Shown here piece after piece: positions 30,109 to 38,683 of a stretch of 64,000 bases of DNA (its first letter is position 1; each line of letters starts with the position of its first letter). Below the pieces are notes generated by a model. The model worked only from the letters and a program-made list of their open reading frames with translations, made no database searches and was not told the DNA's origin. The stretch is taken from the NCBI GenBank assembly GCA_964553045.1, contig CAZKJG010000016.1, positions 494-64,493 on the forward strand, read 5' to 3'. Source of the stretch: an uncultured bacterium. Its GTDB lineage: Bacteria; Fermentibacterota; Fermentibacteria; Fermentibacterales; JCC-6. The position numbers were made by a program, and so were the translations under genes.

Positions 30109-31680
30109 CTACCTGGTGACCACCAGCTTCGCGGTTGCCGTGCTGCCTCCGTCGATGACGCGCAGCAGGTGCACGCCCACCGGCAGCCTTCGGGCACCCA
30201 TGGAGAAGGCGGCGGCGCCCTCCGCATCTACGTCCCGGCGAAGAAGGCACCGGCCGGAGAGGTCGTAGACCTCCACCACTGCCGGGCCGCCCAGGTTCCG
30301 TGAGAGGCTGACGGTTACCGATTCCGAGGCAGGATTGGGCGCCAGGCCCACGGTGAGCCCGCTGCCGGCGGTCTCCGCAAACCCGTCCCCCGAGACTCCC
30401 TGTCCCACCGGCTCCGCCAGGTACGCCACCGTGGCGATGGCGCCCTTTATGCAGTTGGTGCCGAAGGGGAAGTACTCCAGGTAGTTGTCGAGTATGTCGG
30501 ATGTCTGGTGGTAATAGGGGTTGCCGTAAACATCGACCTCGATATTCAGAAGCGCGGAATACCCCTCGTCCCAGAAGGAGGAGTGATCACTGTAGGTCAT
30601 GCCCGGGTTGTGGTCGACGTTTTTTTCCAGGACGGGCACGTACGTGTCGGTGATGGCGTCCATCGCCAGGGCAAGTCCCGTGGACTGGGTATCGTAGACC
30701 ACCCACAGCTGGTCGCTTCCGGTGGGGCCGTAGTAGAGCATGTCCATGTTCACCACGCCCAGAATATCGTCTCCGGCCGCGGAGGCCTGCTCGGCGTAGT
30801 AGTCGCTGCCGTACAGCCCCTGCTCCTCCCCGCCGAAGGCCAGGTAGCGGACCGTGTACTTGAAGTCGTACCCGGACATCACCCGTGCTGCCTCCAGGAC
30901 TCCGGTGGAGCCGCTTCCATTGTCGTCGGCGCCGGGGGCGTCCGTATTGGGGTAGGGCGATGTGGAGTCAAGGTGTCCGCAGATTATGTAGATCTGGGTG
31001 GAATCCTCCGTCCCGGGCTGCTCGGCTATCACGTTCTGGCAGTCGTAGCTGCCCATGGAGAAGGTCTGCTGCTCCGCCGCCAGCCCGTAGGCCTCGAACC
31101 TCGACTCCATCCAGTTGCAGGCGCTGTCGTAGTTGTCGGTGCTGGAGTACCTGGTCTGGTAGTCCTGCAGGTGCTGGGTAACGGCCAGTATGCTGTCCTC
31201 CGACACGGCATCGACTATGTCCGCCACCTCGTCGTCGTAGCCCCTGTCCGTGAGGGGTATGGTCGACGGGGCGGAGATGTGCCTCTCCTCCAGCGGCCCG
31301 ATGAAATGCACGCCCTCCATCATCGGCGGAGTGGCGGCGTCGGGGACGTCGATACGGACGATAGCGGTCCGGCCCCTGTGAAGGACGATCTCGCCCAGCG
31401 TCCGAAGGCCTTCTATGCCGGATTCGTCGCGAAGGGTGGCCAGACGGTATGCCCCCAGCTCTCCGGCGGGGTCGTCCAGAACCTCCGTCCTCTCGGCCGG
31501 AAGAACGTCCGGGTCTCCCAGAAGCACCACGAAATCGGTTCCAACGTGAACAACCATGGCTCCGCCCGCCCATTCACTTCCAGTAAGTGCGCGGGTGTCG
31601 CAGTCGAGGCTGAAAAGCGCGTCTGCGGATACGGCGAATACCGCTCCCAGCAGGAGCAGCACGGCAAGATGCTTGATCAT
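30109..31680 (-). CDS. M28 family zinc aminopeptidase with T9SS C-terminal sorting domain
   Basis: HLDS...D.GADDNGSG and EEQGLYGS M28 metal ligands. Signal peptide. C-terminal NPASESVTVSL...VEVYDLSGR...GVHLLRV CTD. Confidence 0.85.
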   Translation of the reverse strand: MIKHLAVLLLLGAVFAVSADALFSLDCDTRALTGSEWAGGAMVVHVGTDFVVLLGDPDVLPAERTEVLDDPAGELGAYRLATLRDESGIEGLRTLGEIVLHRGRTAIVRIDVPDAATPPMMEGVHFIGPLEERHISAPSTIPLTDRGYDDEVADIVDAVSEDSILAVTQHLQDYQTRYSSTDNYDSACNWMESRFEAYGLAAEQQTFSMGSYDCQNVIAEQPGTEDSTQIYIICGHLDSTSPYPNTDAPGADDNGSGSTGVLEAARVMSGYDFKYTVRYLAFGGEEQGLYGSDYYAEQASAAGDDILGVVNMDMLYYGPTGSDQLWVVYDTQSTGLALAMDAITDTYVPVLEKNVDHNPGMTYSDHSSFWDEGYSALLNIEVDVYGNPYYHQTSDILDNYLEYFPFGTNCIKGAIATVAYLAEPVGQGVSGDGFAETAGSGLTVGLAPNPASESVTVSLSRNLGGPAVVEVYDLSGRCLLRRDVDAEGAAAFSMGARRLPVGVHLLRVIDGGSTATAKLVVTR

Positions 31681-31804
31681 CGTTTCCCCCAGGCAGGTTT
31701 GCTGCGGCCCACTTCTTCACACTCAATTACTACTGAATGCCCCACAAGATGTCTATGAATTACAACCGCCCCGCGTGAAAGCGGTTCCGCTCCAACGGCC
31801 CGAC

Positions 31805-32617
31805 CTAGAGGAGGATCGGTCTCACCCCGCCGGCGAACCTGTTCAGCAGCATCAGGCAGAAGAGCAGCATCGGCAGGGACGCATAGCGCACGAACAGCCT
31901 CTCCGTCTCCCTGCGCGGCCGGACGTCCCATCTTCTCATAAGGGGCCGGAGGACGGAGGCGAGAAGCAGGAAGAAGAGGGCAAGGTCGAAGATCCTGCCG
32001 CCGCTGGCCGCCAGCCGGAACGCGAAGCGCATCTGCGCTTCCCGGCCCATGGTCCACAGCACCAGTCTCTCGGCCAGCAGCGTGACCGATGCGAAGCGCC
32101 ATACGCAGAATGCCATTACGAGGAGGAATAGCCTTACCGGCCAACTCCTCCTTCCGGATATGCCCATGAGGAAGCCGCACAGCTGGGTGAACAGGGCGAA
32201 GCCCCAGAGGTAGAGTATTCCCGCCCGCCACCTGATTAGGATCATGCCCAGGGCCGACCCCTGATTCATTCGCAGCGCGTTGAGGATCATGCCGGCGGCC
32301 AGGAGTGGCAGCAGCGCCGCGGCCCGGGGTATCACCTTTGCCGCCAGGAGCTTCCATCGTCCGGTTGGCAGCGAGAGCAGGTACTCCGTCGCACCGTCCC
32401 TCTCCTCCCGGTCGAACATGTTGTAGGCCAGGGAGGCGGCGGAGACCAGAATGAACAGATCCATTCCGTTGGACAGGTACTCCATCAGGGTTACTCCAGA
32501 CCTGTACAGGCTGTTGTCCAAGAGGTAGAGCGCCGGTACCAGCGTGAAGAGCATGAGAATCCAGGACAGCTGCCGCAGGGTTTCGGTTGTCTCGGCCTTC
32601 AGGATCGCAGTCTGCAT
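31805..32617 (-). CDS. ABC-2-type transporter permease-like membrane protein
   Basis: Six-TMS profile. Paralogous to the upstream gene (shared DGAxEYLL.LP motif). ATG with AAGGGAG SD. Part of the GntR-ABC operon. Confidence 0.55.
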   Translation of the reverse strand: MQTAILKAETTETLRQLSWILMLFTLVPALYLLDNSLYRSGVTLMEYLSNGMDLFILVSAASLAYNMFDREERDGATEYLLSLPTGRWKLLAAKVIPRAAALLPLLAAGMILNALRMNQGSALGMILIRWRAGILYLWGFALFTQLCGFLMGISGRRSWPVRLFLLVMAFCVWRFASVTLLAERLVLWTMGREAQMRFAFRLAASGGRIFDLALFFLLLASVLRPLMRRWDVRPRRETERLFVRYASLPMLLFCLMLLNRFAGGVRPILL

Positions 32618-32631
32618 CGGACTCCCTTCTT

Positions 32632-33330
32632 TCATCCCGCAAGTGCCGTCGCCGCGGGCCAGGCTAGCACTGCCATGGGTACGAGTGCCAGTTTGGTGAA
32701 CTCGCGCTCTCTCTGGGCAACGGGTCGCAGATCCCAGCTTCTCATTGCCCACAGCACCAGCATCAGCAGGACAACAGATGGCGGAAGCAGCTTCAGCGGA
32801 TCGGAGGTAGCGAAGAGAGGGAGGGGCTGGAAGAAGCGCGCGGGCGTCGCCGCCAGCACGAATACGCTGGCTCCCATTGCCAGGACCATCAGCCTCGAAG
32901 CCCAACGGCCTCCCCCCATGGTTCCAAGTAGGAAGCCGCTTACCAGGATGAAGCCCAGGAAAACCAGCAGTCCGGCGGTGTCGTAGAACCAGAGGCCTCC
33001 CTTCGCCGCAGTCGTTCCCACCAGGTACAGGACCAGGAGAACGCCCAGGCGGGGCAGGGATTTCGCAAACAGAATCCGGGCCGGACTCACCGGAAGGCCG
33101 AGCAGGTACTCCTCCGCTCCGTCCGACCGCTCCGCGGAGAACATCCTCCAGGACGAGACGCCAGCGGCGATGAGCCAGAGAATGGCGAATCCGCCCGTCA
33201 TATACTCGACCAGGCCGGTTCCGGTTTGCAGCGCTTCGTGGTCGACGGCATGCACGACAGGCATCAGCGCGAGAAGGGCCATGACAGTACCGGCCTCCCC
33301 CAGCGCCCTCATGGTCTCCCTACGAAGCAT
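32632..33330 (-). CDS. ABC-2-type transporter permease-like membrane protein (tandem paralog)
   Basis: Hydrophobic six-TMS protein sharing SAERSDGAEEYLLGLPVSPARILFAK with the downstream paralog. Confidence 0.55.
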   Translation of the reverse strand: MLRRETMRALGEAGTVMALLALMPVVHAVDHEALQTGTGLVEYMTGGFAILWLIAAGVSSWRMFSAERSDGAEEYLLGLPVSPARILFAKSLPRLGVLLVLYLVGTTAAKGGLWFYDTAGLLVFLGFILVSGFLLGTMGGGRWASRLMVLAMGASVFVLAATPARFFQPLPLFATSDPLKLLPPSVVLLMLVLWAMRSWDLRPVAQREREFTKLALVPMAVLAWPAATALAG

Positions 33331-34150
33331 CGTACTCGTTCCCCATGAAGGCGGTGAGTATCTCGCTGAGATCCATGCCCTGCACGGATCCCGGCGGTGG
33401 CTCGGCATCCCCGGGACGGTAGGGGTAGACGACGTGCCTGCGCTCTCCGAGGATCGTTTGGGTTCCAAGGATGGGGCAGTCCGGTGTAAGGCCCTCGGCG
33501 GCGACGCTCCTGGTACAGGCCTTGAGATCCTGAACGCGCTCATCCAGACGGACGCTCTCATGCCCCAGGAAGATCACCCGGTCCACTATGTTCTCTATCT
33601 CGTGGAAGTTCAGATTCACCATCAGAATTGCCGGTCTGCAGCGGTCCATCACGCCTATCAGCTTCTCGAAGACCAGTCCCCGCAGGAAGGGGTCGACTGC
33701 GTGCAGCACCTCGTCGATAAGCGCCAGCCGTGGCTTAGTGGAGAGCACGATGGACAGCTGCACCAGAACCCGCTGGCCCACCGACAGGTCGCTTATCCTG
33801 TCGGAGGTCTCCACACCCGCGCTCCTGGCCAGAGACATGTCGGCAGCAGCCGTTCCGAATATCCCGGCATGGAAGTCCGCGGCCTGCTGCACCGTCATGC
33901 TCTCGTAGATGCTCAGGCTCTCCGGCAGGTAGGCGATACTGCGTCTGGGATCGCTGCCAGGGGGGAGACCGTGGTCTACGCTTCCCGACCCGGGCCTCAG
34001 AACCCCGGCCAGCAGCCGGAGCAGAGTGCTCTTGCCGGTCCCGTTGGGGCCGGTGAGCATTACCGTCTCCCCGGCGTCTATGCGGATGCTCAGGTTGTCC
34101 AGGATTCTGTTCGATCCGTAGGAGAATCCGATATCATTGGTCGCGATCAT
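33320..34150 (-). CDS. ABC transporter ATP-binding protein
   Basis: Walker A GPNGTGKST, signature LSVGQR, Walker B LALIDE, H-loop. ATG at 34150 chosen (SD GAAAGGTG). Confidence 0.85.
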   Translation of the reverse strand: MIATNDIGFSYGSNRILDNLSIRIDAGETVMLTGPNGTGKSTLLRLLAGVLRPGSGSVDHGLPPGSDPRRSIAYLPESLSIYESMTVQQAADFHAGIFGTAAADMSLARSAGVETSDRISDLSVGQRVLVQLSIVLSTKPRLALIDEVLHAVDPFLRGLVFEKLIGVMDRCRPAILMVNLNFHEIENIVDRVIFLGHESVRLDERVQDLKACTRSVAAEGLTPDCPILGTQTILGERRHVVYPYRPGDAEPPPGSVQGMDLSEILTAFMGNEYDAS

Positions 34151-34523
34151 CGTCTGCTTCACCTTTCAGCTCCATGGAGACGGCGTTCAGGATCCTGTCG
34201 GAGTCGGCGCCCAGGGAAGCGGCCCGGGAAACGTATTCCCGCGCCAACCTGTGCAGGATTGTCTTCCGCCTGTCCTCCAGGCCTTTGGGAGGGTCGGACA
34301 CGAATACTCCGAGGCCCCTGCGCGCCCTGACGACTCCGTCGTCCTCCAGCTGCCGGTAGGCCCTGGCGACCGTGTTCGGATTCAGCTTCAGCGAGGCCGC
34401 CAGCTCCCTGATGGACGGAAGCTTGTCACCGGGCTGCAGACGCCCGGAGACTACCCGCATGATGATGCCCCGCCGGAGCTGCTCGTACACCGGAACCGCC
34501 GACCTGGAATCGATCTTCAGCAA
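34134..34523 (-). CDS. GntR-family transcriptional regulator, YtrA subfamily (short C-terminal domain)
   Basis: GntR wHTH (PGDKLPSIRELAASLKLNPNTVARAYRQLEDDGVV), about 129 aa. TTG start preceded by AAGGGAG. First gene of a GntR-ABC ATPase-permease-permease operon. Confidence 0.7.
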   Translation of the reverse strand: MLKIDSRSAVPVYEQLRRGIIMRVVSGRLQPGDKLPSIRELAASLKLNPNTVARAYRQLEDDGVVRARRGLGVFVSDPPKGLEDRRKTILHRLAREYVSRAASLGADSDRILNAVSMELKGEADDDRDQ

Positions 34524-34640
34524 ATCATCTCCCTTCAACTGTACTAGAATACTAATACAGCGATACAGATTGTCAAAGAGGCTCTTTTCAGGATCGTCCC
34601 TACTTCCTAGGTTCATTCCATCAAAAGGGGAGGAGTGCAC

Positions 34641-36089
34641 ATGCTTCTGGCGATATTCATAGTCTACCTGGCCGTGGTCCTGGGCATCGGTCTCTGGACG
34701 TCCCGGACATCCAGGACGGAGAGCGACTACGTCCTGGGAGGCGGCAAGCTGTCCGGGACGACACTGGCCTTCTCGGAGAGGGCCACCGGGGAATCCGCCT
34801 GGCTGCTGCTGGGCCTTACCGGCCATGCCTACGCGGAGGGCATCAGCTGCATCTGGATAGCACTGGGATGCGTTACCGGCATACTGTTCATCTGGTTCGC
34901 CATGTCCCGCAGGCTCCGGGCCCTGACGGAGGAGACGGGAGCCCTGACAGTACCGGGCCTGCTCTCCCGCAGGTTTCCGGGGGCCGAGCGGCCCATCGGT
35001 CTTCTTTCGGCCATAATAGTGATCTTCTTCTTCCTGTTCTACATAGCAGCGCAGTTCAGCGGCGCCGGAACCGTACTGGAGAAGACATTCGGCCTCGATC
35101 CCACCAGCGGAGTGCTCATCGGATCCATAGTAGTGACCCTGTACTGCCTCCTGGGTGGTTTCATAGCGGTGGTGGTGACCGATCTGATACAGTCCATACT
35201 GATGATCATCACCCTGGTGGTTCTCCCCGTAGTGGCGCTGTTCGTGGTGGGGGCCCATGACCTGAGCATGGGGGCGGCGCTGCGGGAGGCCGGTCCGGCC
35301 CTGTCCACCCTCACCGCAGGCAAGGGCGGGCTGGCCGCCGTGCTGTTCGTCCTCAGCGGCATGAGCTGGGCCCTCGGCTACACCGGTCAGCCGCAGCTGT
35401 TGACGCGCATGATGGCCATGCGGAGCGACGAAGACGTGAAGAGGGCCAGATGGGTGGCCGGAGCCTGGACGCTGCTGGCCTACACCGGGGCCATGCTCAT
35501 CGGGATCACGGGATTCACCCTGGTCAAGGGAGGAGTGCTGGGATCGGAAGCGGCCACGCTGGCCGCGGACGCCGAGAAGATACTGCCGGTGATGATCATG
35601 GGTCTGCTGACCCCCATACTGGCCGGCATACTCCTGTCCGGAGCGGTCTCGGCAATGATGTCCACGGCGGACTCCGAGCTGCTGGTCTGCTCCTCGGCCG
35701 CCAGCGAGGACGTGGTGGCCAACATGGCCAGCCGCAGGCCGGACGGACGCAAGCTGCTCTGGGTAACCAGGGCCATGACACTGCTGATCGGCGGAATAGC
35801 CCTGCTGCTGGCGCTGGCCATGGAGGAGACCGTATACAGCTTCGTCTCGTACGCCTGGGCCGGACTGGGGGCCTCCTTCGGCCCGGCCCTGGTGCTTCTG
35901 CTCTTCTGGAAGCGGCTGTCCCGCTACGGCGTGTACGCGTCACTGATATGCGGAGCACTCGGTACCGTGGTCTGGAAGAACTGGCTGCTGGTGCCCACGG
36001 GGGTATCGGAGAGGCTGGGCGCCTACGTCTTCAGCTTCCTGATGGTGGTCATCGTCTCGCTGCTGCTTCCCGAGCGCAGGCGCGCCTGA
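34641..36089 (+). CDS. Sodium:solute symporter (SSS) family transporter
   Basis: 13-TMS SSS profile (PutP/PanF-like). ATG at 34641 after AAAGGGGAGGAG. Confidence 0.85.
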   Translation: MLLAIFIVYLAVVLGIGLWTSRTSRTESDYVLGGGKLSGTTLAFSERATGESAWLLLGLTGHAYAEGISCIWIALGCVTGILFIWFAMSRRLRALTEETGALTVPGLLSRRFPGAERPIGLLSAIIVIFFFLFYIAAQFSGAGTVLEKTFGLDPTSGVLIGSIVVTLYCLLGGFIAVVVTDLIQSILMIITLVVLPVVALFVVGAHDLSMGAALREAGPALSTLTAGKGGLAAVLFVLSGMSWALGYTGQPQLLTRMMAMRSDEDVKRARWVAGAWTLLAYTGAMLIGITGFTLVKGGVLGSEAATLAADAEKILPVMIMGLLTPILAGILLSGAVSAMMSTADSELLVCSSAASEDVVANMASRRPDGRKLLWVTRAMTLLIGGIALLLALAMEETVYSFVSYAWAGLGASFGPALVLLLFWKRLSRYGVYASLICGALGTVVWKNWLLVPTGVSERLGAYVFSFLMVVIVSLLLPERRRA

Positions 36090-36189
36090 CTACAGTACGG
36101 GACAGTCGGCCGCAAAGTCGATTACTCGCGTATTTGAGCTAAAACGCCTCCGTCCCTTTTCCGCTCCTTTTCTAATATAGCAAATCGAC

Positions 36190-36220
36190 TTGACAATATA
36201 GAAAACCCAGTTACTATATG
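36190..36220 (+). promoter_or_regulatory. Sigma70-like promoter upstream of the DUF4097 gene
   Basis: TTGACA (36190-36195), 18-nt spacer, cTATATg (about 36214-36220), in an AT-rich island about 35 nt upstream of the ATG. Confidence 0.4.
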
Positions 36221-36254
36221 TGCGTCGAGATTGCGCACAATGAAAGGGAATGTC

Positions 36255-37181
36255 ATGGACGAAGAGAGGAAGAAGATCCTGGAGATGGTGGCCGATGGGA
36301 AGATATCGGCCGACGACGGGGCCAAGCTCCTGTCCGCCCTGGAGCAGGGCGGTGGCGAGGGCAGGCCGTCGGCAGGGAAAGGGTTCCACAGGTCCCCCCG
36401 GCATTCCCGGGGATTCGAGTCCGTGCTCTCGGCGCTCTCCGGCATAGGCCCGGCGGTGCGGAACGCCGTGGAGTCCGCCATGTCCACGTTCGACATCGAC
36501 TCGGGCGATTCCTTCGACACCGATGTATACGAGGACCTGGAAGTCTTAGACTATGCCGCCGGCGCCGTAGAGGTCCCCGAAGGGTGCAGGCTGGTCTTCC
36601 GGACCCGAAGGCGGGAGGGGGGTAACCTCGAGCTGCAGGGGCACGAAGAGAGCACACTGCTGGTGGACGGCGATACGGAGGGCCTGAAGGTGATGGGCGA
36701 CGGGGAGATGATCGTGGTCGTCTGGGGCGATGGCCTTCTGAAGGCCGGTGTCCCCGCTTCGGCCCCTGTGGAGGTAAGGACCACCGGCGGCGATGTCTGT
36801 GCCTCGGGCATGTCCCGTGAGCTCAGGGTGAAGACCCTGGGAGGCAGCATCACCATGGAGGACGTTCGGGGCGCCCTCTCGGCGAAGACCATGGGCGGCT
36901 CCATCGTGCTCAGCGCTTCCGGAGGGCTCTCCGGAGCCTGCGCCGCCAAGACCATGGGCGGGGACGTATCCGTCACGCTGCCCACGGGGGCGGTATCCTC
37001 GCTGAGCGCCAAGACCCTGGGAGGCGAGGTGAGCATCGACGAGTCCCTGGGCCGGGTGGACCTGCAGGGCGGCCCGGGCTCCAGCAGGGGGACCCTGAGC
37101 TGCGAGGGCGGCGCCGACTCTTCGCTCTCGGTGAAGACGCTGGGCGGAAACATATCCGTGGAAAGGCGAGAGGATGGATGA
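36255..37181 (+). CDS. DUF4097 (YvlB/LiaG-like) beta-strand repeat protein
   Basis: N-terminal helical module (MDEERKKILEMVADGKISADDGAKLLSAL) then repeated VKTLGGSI / AKTMGGSI / AKTLGGEV / VKTLGGNI beta-repeats. Confidence 0.7.
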   Translation: MDEERKKILEMVADGKISADDGAKLLSALEQGGGEGRPSAGKGFHRSPRHSRGFESVLSALSGIGPAVRNAVESAMSTFDIDSGDSFDTDVYEDLEVLDYAAGAVEVPEGCRLVFRTRRREGGNLELQGHEESTLLVDGDTEGLKVMGDGEMIVVVWGDGLLKAGVPASAPVEVRTTGGDVCASGMSRELRVKTLGGSITMEDVRGALSAKTMGGSIVLSASGGLSGACAAKTMGGDVSVTLPTGAVSSLSAKTLGGEVSIDESLGRVDLQGGPGSSRGTLSCEGGADSSLSVKTLGGNISVERREDG

Positions 37182-37539
37182 GAACAGGGTACCTCCGCGA
37201 TGCCCCTCCTGCGGGGCCGCCATGCGGGTGGTTCGAGTGGAGTGTCCGGTATGCGGAACGGAAGTGACCGGTGACTTCGAACTCTGTCCCGCGTGCAGGC
37301 TGGGCGACGACCACCGAAGGATCTTCGACGCCTTTCTGCGGGCCCGCGGCAACGTGCGTGCCGTGCAGGGTGAGCTGGGCGTTTCCTATCCGACCGCCAG
37401 ACAGCGGATAGAGGAGATGTTCAGCGTTCTGGAGAAGGGCCCGCCGAGACCGGATCCCATGGTGGTCCTGAAGAAGCTGGAGGCCGGGGAGATAGACGTG
37501 GGGGCCGCTGCGGAGCTGCTGGCCGGAGGTGGCGGCTAG
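37174..37539 (+). CDS. DUF2089-like zinc-ribbon/HTH protein
   Basis: CPSCG...CPVCG zinc ribbon, a second CPAC pair, then a helical HTH-like C-terminus. ATGGATGA overlap with the DUF4097 stop. Confidence 0.65.
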   Translation: MDENRVPPRCPSCGAAMRVVRVECPVCGTEVTGDFELCPACRLGDDHRRIFDAFLRARGNVRAVQGELGVSYPTARQRIEEMFSVLEKGPPRPDPMVVLKKLEAGEIDVGAAAELLAGGGG

Positions 37540-38652
37540 CTAGGGGCGGGCTTCCGCTTCCGCCATCCAGTGCTGCAGCCTCCGCAGGCCTTCGGCCGGC
37601 ACCCGGTGTCCGCCCCGGAAGTCGAACAGCGTAACATCGTAGTCGAAGGACTCCAGCAGCCGCTTGGCCTCCATGCCCGCCTCGAACTCCACCGAGCGGT
37701 CCTCGCGTCCGTGGATTATCAGCACGGGCAGGCGGCTGGCGGCCTCCAGGACCTCGTCCGACGTATATTCCCTGTCCAGCCAGCCGGCGTTCACCACCAG
37801 GCCGTCGAAGACGTCGGGGTTGTGCAGACCGATCTCGTAGGTGAAGCCCCCGCCCTGGGAATGGCCCATCAGGTACACGCCGGAGACGGAATAGCGCTCC
37901 CGCAGGCTGCTCACGACTTCCAGCACGTACTCCTCGGCGATCGGCGCAGCCCTGTCACAGGTTTCCGTTCCGGGCTCTCCGATCATCCAGCTGTAGCCGC
38001 GGAAGTCCACGCCCTCCATTTCGAACGGCGCCCGGGGGCAGGCGAAGATGAAGTCCGGGTCATCGAACTCCCGCCACAGCCCGGAGAAGTCGTCGGGATT
38101 GCTTCCGTAGCCGTGAAGGGCAACCAGCAGCGGCAGGCGGGCGGAGGAGTCGTAATCGGCCGGCACGTGCACACGGCATGGCAGCAGGGTCCTGGACTCC
38201 ATGTACAGAGGCGTACCCAGCTCCCTCCGCCGGGCCAGTATGTCCCGGGTCAGGGTGTCGATGGCGGCCATGAAGGCCGGGTGCTGGCGTACCGGATTCA
38301 GGTCCGGGTCCCGCTCGATGTGCCCCAGGTTCGAGAAGCCGGCCTCGACCGCCAGCGCCAGATAGCGTGCTGCCAGCTCGGCCTCGCCCAGAAGCCCGTA
38401 GCAGCAGGCGAGGTTGTAGATGTTGCCGGTATCGGACACGTCGTAGCGAAGGGCCGCCAGGTAGTAGCCGGCCGCCTCCTCGTAATCGCCTGAAAGGTAT
38501 GCTTCGAGGGCCTGCCTCTCCAGCCTGGGCAGATCCACCGAGAGGAAGTCCCCCTCACGGGAGGAGTAGGGGTCTATGTCGGATACGTTCACGACCTCGT
38601 AGGAGAAGACTGCCGCGGCGGCAATCATCATCGGCAGAACGCATGCCCTCAT
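37540..38652 (-). CDS. Secreted alpha/beta hydrolase (phospholipase/carboxylesterase-like) with N-terminal TPR region
   Basis: Signal peptide. TPR-like repeats (YYLAALRYD...LACCYGLLGE). GHSQGG nucleophile elbow, C-terminal HGREDR...GGH triad candidates. Confidence 0.7.
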   Translation of the reverse strand: MRACVLPMMIAAAAVFSYEVVNVSDIDPYSSREGDFLSVDLPRLERQALEAYLSGDYEEAAGYYLAALRYDVSDTGNIYNLACCYGLLGEAELAARYLALAVEAGFSNLGHIERDPDLNPVRQHPAFMAAIDTLTRDILARRRELGTPLYMESRTLLPCRVHVPADYDSSARLPLLVALHGYGSNPDDFSGLWREFDDPDFIFACPRAPFEMEGVDFRGYSWMIGEPGTETCDRAAPIAEEYVLEVVSSLRERYSVSGVYLMGHSQGGGFTYEIGLHNPDVFDGLVVNAGWLDREYTSDEVLEAASRLPVLIIHGREDRSVEFEAGMEAKRLLESFDYDVTLFDFRGGHRVPAEGLRRLQHWMAEAEARP

Positions 38653-38683
38653 CTCAGCCTCGGGGGCTCTCGACGGCCGCGAA

